Assembly (NCBI GenBank): GCA_913031145.1
Contig: CAJWCO010000010.1
Location: 5,025 to 69,024 of the forward strand
DNA from: an uncultured Cellvibrionales bacterium
Lineage (GTDB): Bacteria; Pseudomonadota; Gammaproteobacteria; Pseudomonadales; Porticoccaceae
Direction of reading: 5' to 3'
Length of the DNA: 64,000 bases
The translations under genes were made by a program, and so were the position numbers. The notes under the pieces were generated by a model. It worked only from the letters and a program-made list of their open reading frames with translations. It had not been told where the DNA came from and did no database searches. Below, piece after piece: positions 51,853 to 64,000 of this stretch (its first letter is position 1; each line of letters begins with the position of its first letter).

Positions 51853-52716
51853 GTGAAAATATTGTTGGCTGGGTGTGGTGATCTCGGACAGCGAACTGCT
51901 GCGCAACTGGGGCGGGTACATGAGTGCTATGGACTCCGTCGTCAAACAGAACAGTTAGCGGCAAATATTCAACCTATTCGGGCGGATCTAACCGATGCAG
52001 AACAATTGCACGGCGTCTTGCAAGCGCGCTATGATGTCGTGGTGGTTACAGTGACACCCGCCACTTTTTCAGAGTCTGCGTACCGCGCCTCTTACCTTGC
52101 GATCGCACAAGCATTCAGAAAAGTGATGCGCGTGACGCCAGAATTACCCCGCTTGCTGATTTGGGCTTCAAGTACTAGCGTCTATGGAGATCATGATGGA
52201 CGGTGGGTGGACGAAACAACGCCAGTTCACCCCGATACGTTTTCCGGAAAAATTTTGTATGAGGCAGAAAAAGCCATTGCGCAGCTACCCTGTCATTCAG
52301 TCATCGTGCGTTTTTCGGGGATTTACGGCCCTGGGCGGGCGCGTCTTATTGAGCAGGTACGAGCGGGAATAGGGCGACCATCCGAGCCCAAGCAATGGAG
52401 TAACAGAATCCACAGTGATGATTGTGCTGCGGTGTTCTGCCACTTGATAGACCAACACGCGCAGGGGATTAAATTGCACGATCTTTACGTTGCCAGCGAC
52501 TCTGAACCCGCCGCGCAACATGACGTTCGTGAGTGGTTGGCAAGGCGTTTAGGCGTCGTGTTAGAGGAGCAGCCTCAAGCCCATGGTCCGTCTCGCCGAT
52601 GTCGGAACGAGCGCTTATCAAAAAGCGGTTTTACGTTCACTTATCCCACTTTTCGCGATGGCTACGACACGCTTTTGACACCGTTGTTATCAAGTATGAC
52701 AGCAAAAATTGGCTAG
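51853..52716 (+). CDS. NAD(P)-binding SDR/epimerase-family protein
   Basis: 287 aa. N-terminal Rossmann motif ([10 protein letters not shown]). GTG start preceded by AAGGAA. Function unknown. Confidence 0.7.
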   Translation: MKILLAGCGDLGQRTAAQLGRVHECYGLRRQTEQLAANIQPIRADLTDAEQLHGVLQARYDVVVVTVTPATFSESAYRASYLAIAQAFRKVMRVTPELPRLLIWASSTSVYGDHDGRWVDETTPVHPDTFSGKILYEAEKAIAQLPCHSVIVRFSGIYGPGRARLIEQVRAGIGRPSEPKQWSNRIHSDDCAAVFCHLIDQHAQGIKLHDLYVASDSEPAAQHDVREWLARRLGVVLEEQPQAHGPSRRCRNERLSKSGFTFTYPTFRDGYDTLLTPLLSSMTAKIG

Positions 52717-53096
52717 ATAACCATGACGCCATCCATTTCAACGCGCGCACCTCGCGGAAGCGCACTGACCTCAATCGCCGCTCGCGCCGGATAGGGCTTG
52801 ACGCAGTACTCGGCCATTATCTCATTAACGATCGCAAAGTCGTTTAGATCAGTGAGAAAAATATTCAGTTTTACAAGACTATTCAGATCACCCCCGGCAG
52901 CGTGGCAGACGGCGCGTAAATTACCAAAGACTCGACGGATCTGAGCGGCTATACCACCCTCTACGAGCAACATGCTTTTTGCATCAAGCGGTATTTGACC
53001 CGATAGATAAACCGTATTGTTGACCTTAACGGCTTGTGAATATGTGCCGATTGCAGCGGGTGCAAGTTCGGTATAAATGACAGCTTTATTAGTCAC
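52713..53096 (-). CDS. ridA: RidA/YjgF-family reactive-intermediate deaminase
   Basis: 127 aa. Motifs [14 protein letters not shown] and PARAAIEV. Confidence 0.9.
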   Translation of the reverse strand: MTNKAVIYTELAPAAIGTYSQAVKVNNTVYLSGQIPLDAKSMLLVEGGIAAQIRRVFGNLRAVCHAAGGDLNSLVKLNIFLTDLNDFAIVNEIMAEYCVKPYPARAAIEVSALPRGARVEMDGVMVI

Positions 53097-53119
53097 GATT
53101 GGGCTTTCTCCATGGCATG

Positions 53120-55231
53120 TTAGTTTCTGACTCGACTGACTCGACGGACAGCAGGTAAACCTCGAACTCGCCGTAAAATATCCGCAAGATGAATGCGGTC
53201 TCGCACGGCAATAACCAAATCTACTACGCTAGTGTAGGCGTCTTTATCCAATGTACTCACTTTTTCAATGGTAGCGTCTTTTTCGGTGATTCGCGATGCT
53301 AGAACAGCGATAAAACCCCGTTCAGGAGTGATCTCCACCTTGAGTTCGACGGGAAATTGGCCGTGAACCCTACTCGACCAAGTCATCGGCGTACATTTTT
53401 CCGGTTGAGAGCGAAGTTCGCTCAGATTTCGACAGGATTCCAAGTGAACGACAACGCCTTTTCCGGGGGATAAGTGACCGAGTATCGGGTCTCCGGGTAT
53501 TGGGTGGCAACACCGCGCATATTGCAATAAAGAGCCTTTCTGTGCGCCGACTTCGAGTGGCAGTGTTGGTGCGCGCTGCTGCAGAGACTGCGGTGTTTGA
53601 TCTAAGGGAACGATCAAGTTGGCCACGGCAAGTGGGACGCGATTGCCTAACCCGATCTGATGGAGAATGTATTCGAACGTCGAGGCCCCAGAGCTCGTTA
53701 AGATACGCTTGATTTCTGATTTTTTAAGCTGTCGGTAACTGGTGCCAAATTTTCCTAAAGCTTGATCGAGTAAGCGTTTTCCCAAGGTAACTGACTCATG
53801 GTGCTCTTGTTGCTTAAGATAGTGCCGAATCGCGCTGCGTGCTTTCGCGGTGGCAACAAAACTTAACCAATTGGGGTTGGGCTGTGCACCTTCGGCGCTG
53901 ATGATCTCGATCTTTTGACCACTCTGCAATGATTCGGATAAAGATGTGAGCTGCCCATCCACACGACAGGCAATACAACTATTGCCAAGTCCGGTGTGCA
54001 CGGAGTAAGCAAAGTCAATGGCGGTTGCGCCTGCGGGCAATTCGACAATCTCCCCACGAGGAGTGAATACGTAGACTTCATCAGGGAATAGGTCGGCTTT
54101 AACGTGCTCTAAAAATTCGAGCGAATCGCCAGCTTGTTTTTGCATGGCAAGTAGCCCTTGAATCCATCGTGAGGCACGGCGTTGACTGCCCTCTTCGCGG
54201 GTGTTACCCGCTTTATATTCGCCATGTGCGGCAATCCCGTAGTTTGCGATAGTCTCCATTTCAGCAGTGCGAATTTGCACTTCAATTAAAACTCCATGCA
54301 TTCCCACAAGGACGGTATGAACGGATTGATAGCCGTTGGCTTTTGGGATTGCAATGTAGTCTTTAAATTCCCCGGGTACTGGCTTGAAGATGCTGTGCAT
54401 CATACCAAGGGCTCGGTAGCAGTCGTCAACCGACTCCACGACTAAGCGAAAAGCAAATACATCCATAATGTCGCGAAAGGCCTTTTTTTTCTCGCGCATT
54501 TTGAGGTAGATACTCCAAAGGTGTTTTTCCCTTCCCTTGACAACTGCATTTAGCGCTTCGCGCTGTAACCGGTTTTCTATGGATTGGCGGATTTCGAAAA
54601 CAAAAGCCTTACGATTTTGTCGCGCAGCTTCTGTTGCTTCGCGAAGCCGTCGATGGCGCAGCGGATACATGGCGGCGAAACTCAATTCTTCCAACTCAAG
54701 GCGTATGTGGTTTATTCCCAGACGCTGTGCAATTGGCGCGTATATTTCCATTGTTTCACGTGCTACCCGTCGACGCTTGTCGGGAGCCAATGTGCCCAGA
54801 GTGCGCATGTTGTGAAGGCGATCCGCCAATTTCACTAGGAGTACCCGGATGTCGCGTGACATGGCCAGGGTCATTTTTTGAAAACTTTCGGCCTGTTGTT
54901 CGGCTTTTGATGCGAATTCTATTTCGTTGAGTTTACTAACACCATCTACGAGATCGGCAACGGTTCGACCGAACCGGCGAGAAATTTGCCCCTTGGTGAC
55001 ACCCGTGTCTTCGAGAACATCGTGGAGCATCGCTGCTATTAAACCCTCAGGGTCCATATGCATGTCAGCGAGGATATTGGCCACAGCGAGTGGATGAGTG
55101 ATATACATATCACCCGTCTGCCGCATCTGACCCATGTGACTTTCTTCGGCGTATCGGTAGGCGCGCTCTACTCTGCGTAAATCACTCTCACTTAGATAAG
55201 AGAGTTTTTCTGTTAGGCCGAGAAGCACCAA
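53120..55231 (-). CDS. spoT: Bifunctional (p)ppGpp synthetase/hydrolase SpoT
   Basis: 703 aa. HD domain (HPLAVA...HDVLEDT), RelA/SpoT synthetase, TGS and ACT domains. TTG/GTG start. Confidence 0.93.
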   Translation of the reverse strand: MVLLGLTEKLSYLSESDLRRVERAYRYAEESHMGQMRQTGDMYITHPLAVANILADMHMDPEGLIAAMLHDVLEDTGVTKGQISRRFGRTVADLVDGVSKLNEIEFASKAEQQAESFQKMTLAMSRDIRVLLVKLADRLHNMRTLGTLAPDKRRRVARETMEIYAPIAQRLGINHIRLELEELSFAAMYPLRHRRLREATEAARQNRKAFVFEIRQSIENRLQREALNAVVKGREKHLWSIYLKMREKKKAFRDIMDVFAFRLVVESVDDCYRALGMMHSIFKPVPGEFKDYIAIPKANGYQSVHTVLVGMHGVLIEVQIRTAEMETIANYGIAAHGEYKAGNTREEGSQRRASRWIQGLLAMQKQAGDSLEFLEHVKADLFPDEVYVFTPRGEIVELPAGATAIDFAYSVHTGLGNSCIACRVDGQLTSLSESLQSGQKIEIISAEGAQPNPNWLSFVATAKARSAIRHYLKQQEHHESVTLGKRLLDQALGKFGTSYRQLKKSEIKRILTSSGASTFEYILHQIGLGNRVPLAVANLIVPLDQTPQSLQQRAPTLPLEVGAQKGSLLQYARCCHPIPGDPILGHLSPGKGVVVHLESCRNLSELRSQPEKCTPMTWSSRVHGQFPVELKVEITPERGFIAVLASRITEKDATIEKVSTLDKDAYTSVVDLVIAVRDRIHLADILRRVRGLPAVRRVSRVRN

Positions 55232-55255
55232 GCGAGTGGCTCCATGGAGGGTGTT

Positions 55256-55642
55256 CTAATCGCCCGGACCGGGCTCCAAGGTATTTGCGCTATCGTTTGC
55301 AGCGGGAATGCTAGGTTCTGGCTCCGCCGAGTCGGCACTGCCACCTGCTAATTCGGCAAGTGCTGCGGCGATAGCGGCATCTGCAACGGCCTCTGAATTT
55401 TCTTCTTCGCTTACGTCCTCTTCGAGATTAAAGGCTTGCTTGGTCGGCAGTAGAATGCTCGCATCAATGAACCCTTCGGCCACTTCGCGAAGCGCAATGA
55501 CTGTGGGTTTGTCATTTTCTTCTGGGACAAGCGCAGGTCGACCTTCAACCGCCAGTTGGCGGGCGCGTTTCGAGCCGATCATTACGAGTTCGAAGCGGTT
55601 ATCCACGTTTTCTAAGCAGTCCTCAACAGTGATGCGAGCCAT
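55256..55642 (-). CDS. rpoZ: RNA polymerase omega subunit with extended acidic/Ala-rich C-terminal tail
   Basis: Track ORF trimmed to Met-17 ([30 protein letters not shown]). 128 aa, versus about 90 aa in E. coli and Pseudomonas. Confidence 0.9.
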   Translation of the reverse strand: MARITVEDCLENVDNRFELVMIGSKRARQLAVEGRPALVPEENDKPTVIALREVAEGFIDASILLPTKQAFNLEEDVSEEENSEAVADAAIAAALAELAGGSADSAEPEPSIPAANDSANTLEPGPGD

Positions 55643-55727
55643 AGTCTCTCCAAATGGAAAGGCAGTCTGAGAGAACCGCGTTTCCAACAAATTTATTCCA
55701 GCATGCCAGTATACTGAATTACGCTAG

Positions 55728-56423
<696 letters not shown>

Positions 56424-56622
56424 TCATGATATTAAATTCAGTCATGGCCGTTAAGAATACGCCGACCAGAATCATTTATTTTTCTGACTAAGTTGACTCG
56501 ATCAACGTGTTGGCTCTCAAGCATCGACTCACAATCTTGTAAACAGTCTGGTAGAAACTATGTCCTGCCGGATCTGAAAAAAGGCGTGCTTCCGTTAATG
56601 GACTGTTTTCAATATCTGGGCC

Positions 56623-57486
56623 TTATTCTATATTTTGAATTTGTTCACGCATTTGTTCGATCAGCACTTTGAGTTCAACGGATACCTGCGTGGTAATGCT
56701 AGAGATAGATTTGGAGCCGAGGGTGTTAGCCTCTCGATTGAGTTCTTGCATTAAAAAGTCCAAGCGTCGTCCCATCGCGTCATCACCGTCGAGTACGCGC
56801 CGGATTTCTGTGGCGTGTATTGCAAGTCGGTCCAGCTCTTCGTCAACATCGGCGCGATGGCATAGCAGAGCCATTTCCTGTTCGATTCGGTCAGGGTCGA
56901 GTGTGTCTGTAAAGTGCGCTAAGCGATCATTTAAGCGTTGCCGCTGTTGTGCCAGTATTTTGGGTAGTTCCGAGCGCACTTCCGCGATATGCGAGGCGAT
57001 ACCATCTAACCGTTCGGTGAGCATTGCGGCGAGCTTCTCACCCTCTCGCTCACGCCCGTCAATTAATTGAGCCAACGTTTCTAAGAAGACGTCGTTAGCA
57101 ACACTTTGCATCATGTCTGTGTCGATTTGTGCGTCGATCAAAACCCCCGGAGAGCGCATGATATCGACAACTGACAGCGGCGCTGGGGCTTGTATGTCAT
57201 TACTCAGAGTTTCGGCGAGTTGGATGTAACGTTTTGCGAGAGCCAGATCAACATTCAGCGCCAAGCCCATGTTCGTAGTTGATATTTGAAACGTGCAATC
57301 GACCTTGCCGCGCTGCAGTCGCGACCGCGTTGCCTCTCGAAGTGACATTTCAACGGAACGCAACGTTTCTGGTAATCTGAAGCTAGTCTCAAGAAAACGG
57401 TGATTGACCGAACGTAACTCACAGGTGATCGAACCCCAATCAACGTGTCGGGAAACACGCGCAAACGCGGTCATACTTCGTGGCAT
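56623..57486 (-). CDS. yicC: YicC-family stress-induced protein
   Basis: ATG 57486 (MPRSMTAFARVS, compare E. coli MIRSMTAYAR) is preceded by AAGAGG. Helical C-terminal DUF1732-like region. Confidence 0.88.
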   Translation of the reverse strand: MPRSMTAFARVSRHVDWGSITCELRSVNHRFLETSFRLPETLRSVEMSLREATRSRLQRGKVDCTFQISTTNMGLALNVDLALAKRYIQLAETLSNDIQAPAPLSVVDIMRSPGVLIDAQIDTDMMQSVANDVFLETLAQLIDGREREGEKLAAMLTERLDGIASHIAEVRSELPKILAQQRQRLNDRLAHFTDTLDPDRIEQEMALLCHRADVDEELDRLAIHATEIRRVLDGDDAMGRRLDFLMQELNREANTLGSKSISSITTQVSVELKVLIEQMREQIQNIE

Positions 57487-57638
57487 GGGCACCTCTTATC
57501 TCATGATTTACGGTCATGGTAACAAAAGCCGCTGTCAGGAAAATTTTATTTCTGCGGAGTCGCTTAATTTTGTTTGCCTTTGGTTACGTAATCCCCGATC
57601 CTCTACATTCAAACTGAAAATTCATAAGGAACATAAAA

Positions 57639-58358
57639 ATGAAGCGTCCCAGCGGGCGTCGCCCCGAACAATTGCGGCCAATTAAGATTTCTCGCGATTT
57701 TACCAGTCATCCCGAAGGGTCGGTGTTGGTGGAGTTTGGTGGAACCAAAGTGATTTGTACCGCAAGCGTCGAGACAAGTGTGCCGCGGTTTTTGCGAGGT
57801 AAAGGGCAAGGTTGGGTAACAGCCGAATATGGTATGCTGCCGCGATCTACTCATAGTCGTATGGCTCGTGAGGCGTCTCGGGGAAAGCAAAGCGGCCGTA
57901 CCCAAGAGATTCAGCGATTGATCGGTCGGTCGCTTCGAGCGGCGGTTAACTTGAATCTTCTGGGAGAGCATACCATTCATGTTGACTGCGATGTAATTGA
58001 GGCAGATGGCGGTACTCGAACTGCATCTATTACCGGAGCCTGTGTCGCATTGGTCGACGCAATCAGGTACTTGCAGCGTAGCAAAGCCATTACTACAGAC
58101 CCATTGATCACGATGGTTGCGTCGGTGTCGGTTGGGATTTATCGAGATGCTGTCGTTGTCGATTTGGACTATGCAGAGGATTCGAATGCAGAAACTGACA
58201 TGAATATTGTTATGAATGCCAAGGGTGGTTTTATCGAAGTGCAAGGAACCGCCGAGGGTGAAACATTTTCCGAGGCGCAATTAGCCGAGATGATGAAGTT
58301 TGCGAAAAACGGTATCGCCGAACTTTTGACCTATCAGACTCTAGCACTCGCCCAATAG
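57639..58358 (+). CDS. rph: Ribonuclease PH
   Basis: 239 aa. Motifs [26 protein letters not shown] and [14 protein letters not shown]. Confidence 0.95.
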   Translation: MKRPSGRRPEQLRPIKISRDFTSHPEGSVLVEFGGTKVICTASVETSVPRFLRGKGQGWVTAEYGMLPRSTHSRMAREASRGKQSGRTQEIQRLIGRSLRAAVNLNLLGEHTIHVDCDVIEADGGTRTASITGACVALVDAIRYLQRSKAITTDPLITMVASVSVGIYRDAVVVDLDYAEDSNAETDMNIVMNAKGGFIEVQGTAEGETFSEAQLAEMMKFAKNGIAELLTYQTLALAQ

Positions 58359-58373
58359 CATGAGACTCCGCCA

Positions 58374-59018
58374 ATGAAAGATTACAAACGGCAATTTATT
58401 CTCCAAGCCATCGCGAGTAACGCGTTATCCTTTGGTGAGTTTACACTCAAATCTGGCCGTACTTCCCCCTACTTTTTCAATGCGGGTCAGTTTTTCAACG
58501 GTGAGTCTTTAGCCACATTAGGACACTGTTACGCGCAGGCCGTCGTGAATGCCGAGCTGTCGTTCGATATGCTATTTGGACCCGCGTATAAAGGTATTCC
58601 ATTGGCGGCAGCGACGGCCATTGGTTTGCAGACCCACTACAACGTGAATGTTCCTTATTGCTACAATCGAAAAGAACAAAAGAATCACGGAGAAGGCGGG
58701 TCGCTCGTTGGGGCGCCCTTGTGCGGGCGGGTGCTGATTGTTGATGATGTGATTACAGCAGGAACAGCTGTGGGCGAGGTAATGACCTTGCTAGATTCTA
58801 GCGAAGCGACGGCTGCGGCGGTAGTGGTCGGTTTAGATCGACAAGAGCGCGGCACTGGCACCTACTCAGCAACTCAGATGGTTGAACAAAACTACGGTAT
58901 ACCGGTCATCAGTATTGTGACCGTTGACGATATTTTGGCGTACTTGCTAGTGCAAGAAGATATGAAGCAATGGGCAGATCCAGTCCGTCAGTACAGGAAT
59001 GCTTATGGTGTAGAGTGA
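58374..59018 (+). CDS. pyrE: Orotate phosphoribosyltransferase
   Basis: 214 aa. Motifs FGEFTLKSGRTSPYFFN and VLIVDDVITAGTA. Confidence 0.95.
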   Translation: MKDYKRQFILQAIASNALSFGEFTLKSGRTSPYFFNAGQFFNGESLATLGHCYAQAVVNAELSFDMLFGPAYKGIPLAAATAIGLQTHYNVNVPYCYNRKEQKNHGEGGSLVGAPLCGRVLIVDDVITAGTAVGEVMTLLDSSEATAAAVVVGLDRQERGTGTYSATQMVEQNYGIPVISIVTVDDILAYLLVQEDMKQWADPVRQYRNAYGVE

Positions 59019-59072
59019 TGCCCGCGTTCGCTTAGTGCGGACAGCGCGATGAGGTAGTTTTGGGTATACACG

Positions 59073-63107
<4,035 letters not shown>

Positions 63108-63109
63108 TT

Positions 63110-64000
63110 TTACTGATCCGTTGAGGTCGCGTTATGGACGCCGTCGCATACCGCGCCGGTCTTACTCTTATTAAAGTCGTTGGCGATGCAGATTATTAAA
63201 TCTCTCGCTAATTGTATTTTGGACTTTTTCGGCAAGCATACATCGTCCTGTGTCGTTATCCAGTGGACTTCGTTTTCATCTGCATCGAAGCCAATATCAT
63301 GGCGCGATACGTCGTTAGCAACAATTGCATTGAGCTTTTTGTCTTTTAATTTGCGCTTTGCGTTCGCGGTGACGTTTTCGGTCTCTGCCGCGAACCCGAC
63401 AATATAAAGATTTTCGTGCAGCGATGAAACAGTGTTCACGATATCGATATTTTTTGTAAATTCTAAGGACATGCTAGCGGCATTCTTTTTTATTTTCTGC
63501 TGGTTAATATCGGCACACCGGTAATCTGCGACAGCGGCAGCCGCAATAAATATGTCTGCAGTTTCGCAGGCATGCAAAACAGCGCGATGCATGTCGGCGG
63601 CAGACTCGACTTGCTTAACCACGCAGTGTTCTGGTGTTGACAGGCTTACCGGCCCAGAAACAAGGGTCACATGAGCCCCTGCATCTAACGCAGCAGAAGC
63701 CAGCGCATAGCCCATTTTGCCTGAGCTACGATTGCTGATGTAGCGGACGGGATCAATAGCCTCTCGCGTAGGCCCCGCTGTAATAATCAACTGTTTGCCT
63801 TGCAAAATACCCGTTGAGAAATGCTCAGCAATGCGTTCGGCAATCTCCAGCGGCGCTTCCATACGGCCTAAGCCGACGTCTCCGCATGCCTGCAGTCCCG
63901 ACGTGGGGCCGATAACCTTGACATCTCGTTGTTTTAAGACTGCCATGTTGGCAACGTTCGCAGGGTGGTGCCACATACCTTGATTCATCGCCGGCGCAAT
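63110..64000 (-). CDS. coaBC: Bifunctional phosphopantothenoylcysteine decarboxylase/phosphopantothenate-cysteine ligase (CoaBC); N-terminus beyond the window
   Basis: The ORF is open to the window end. CoaB-domain motifs are present (ITAGPTREAIDPVRYISNRSSGKMG, AAAVADY). Confidence 0.9.
   Translation of the reverse strand: MAPAMNQGMWHHPANVANMAVLKQRDVKVIGPTSGLQACGDVGLGRMEAPLEIAERIAEHFSTGILQGKQLIITAGPTREAIDPVRYISNRSSGKMGYALASAALDAGAHVTLVSGPVSLSTPEHCVVKQVESAADMHRAVLHACETADIFIAAAAVADYRCADINQQKIKKNAASMSLEFTKNIDIVNTVSSLHENLYIVGFAAETENVTANAKRKLKDKKLNAIVANDVSRHDIGFDADENEVHWITTQDDVCLPKKSKIQLARDLIICIANDFNKSKTGAVCDGVHNATSTDQ

Noticed and set aside
57609-58280. 223-aa ORF antisense to rph
   Set aside because: It lies entirely inside, and antisense to, a highly conserved RNase PH gene. 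Its composition is typical of a shadow frame (Cys/His/Arg-rich, no recognisable motifs), and it has no upstream space for a promoter or RBS.
58359-58373. rph-pyrE attenuator as in E. coli
   Set aside because: The spacer is only 15 nt, which leaves no room for a leader, hairpin or U-tract.

Overview
This window is core chromosome from a roughly 50% GC gammaproteobacterium. Gene order closely follows Pseudomonas, Cellvibrionales or Oceanospirillales chromosomes, but I cannot assign a species.

I count about 60 tightly packed CDS. In order they are:
- hexR (partial) and uvrD
- an orphan TRAP binding protein
- trkH-trkA-rsmB-fmt-def
- dprA-purE-tsaC-hemF-aroE
- a caa3/aa3 cytochrome oxidase plus assembly cluster (coxB-ctaD-cox11-coxC, DUF2909-like, SURF1, an SCO-like protein, ctaB, sco)
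- the zinc regulon (znuA divergent from zur-znuC-znuB, with a perfect Zur box)
- polA, engB, cytochrome c4 and dsbA
- serC-serA
- a GlxA/AraC regulator divergent from a FabY-class ketosynthase
- a compact SAM-cycle operon (sahR-metK-ahcY-metF-rsmE plus a secreted S1 protease)
- tktA-epd-pgk-fba
- an acyltransferase, recG and an SDR
- ridA-spoT-rpoZ-gmk, then yicC
- rph-pyrE
- slmA-argB-algC-coaBC (partial)

I recognised no tRNA or rRNA genes, CRISPR arrays, transposases, integrases, phage genes or defence-island content. I do not see a convincing novel multi-gene system.

The best leads are:
1. An unannotated ~107-nt sRNA candidate with a sigma-E/AlgU-like promoter and an intrinsic terminator, in the polA-engB spacer (the Spot 42/ErsA position).
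2. AlgC fused to a ~390-aa two-TM sensor-like N-terminal module.
3. A degenerate SCO-like CxxxC protein inside a cox cluster that lacks heme A synthase.
4. A SahR-headed methyl-cycle operon with a candidate operator.
5. A FabY-class KAS with a structured divergent control region.

Several track ORFs carry spurious N-terminal extensions, and I trimmed them to conserved N-termini. Coordinates of non-coding sites were read by eye and may be off by 1-2 nt.
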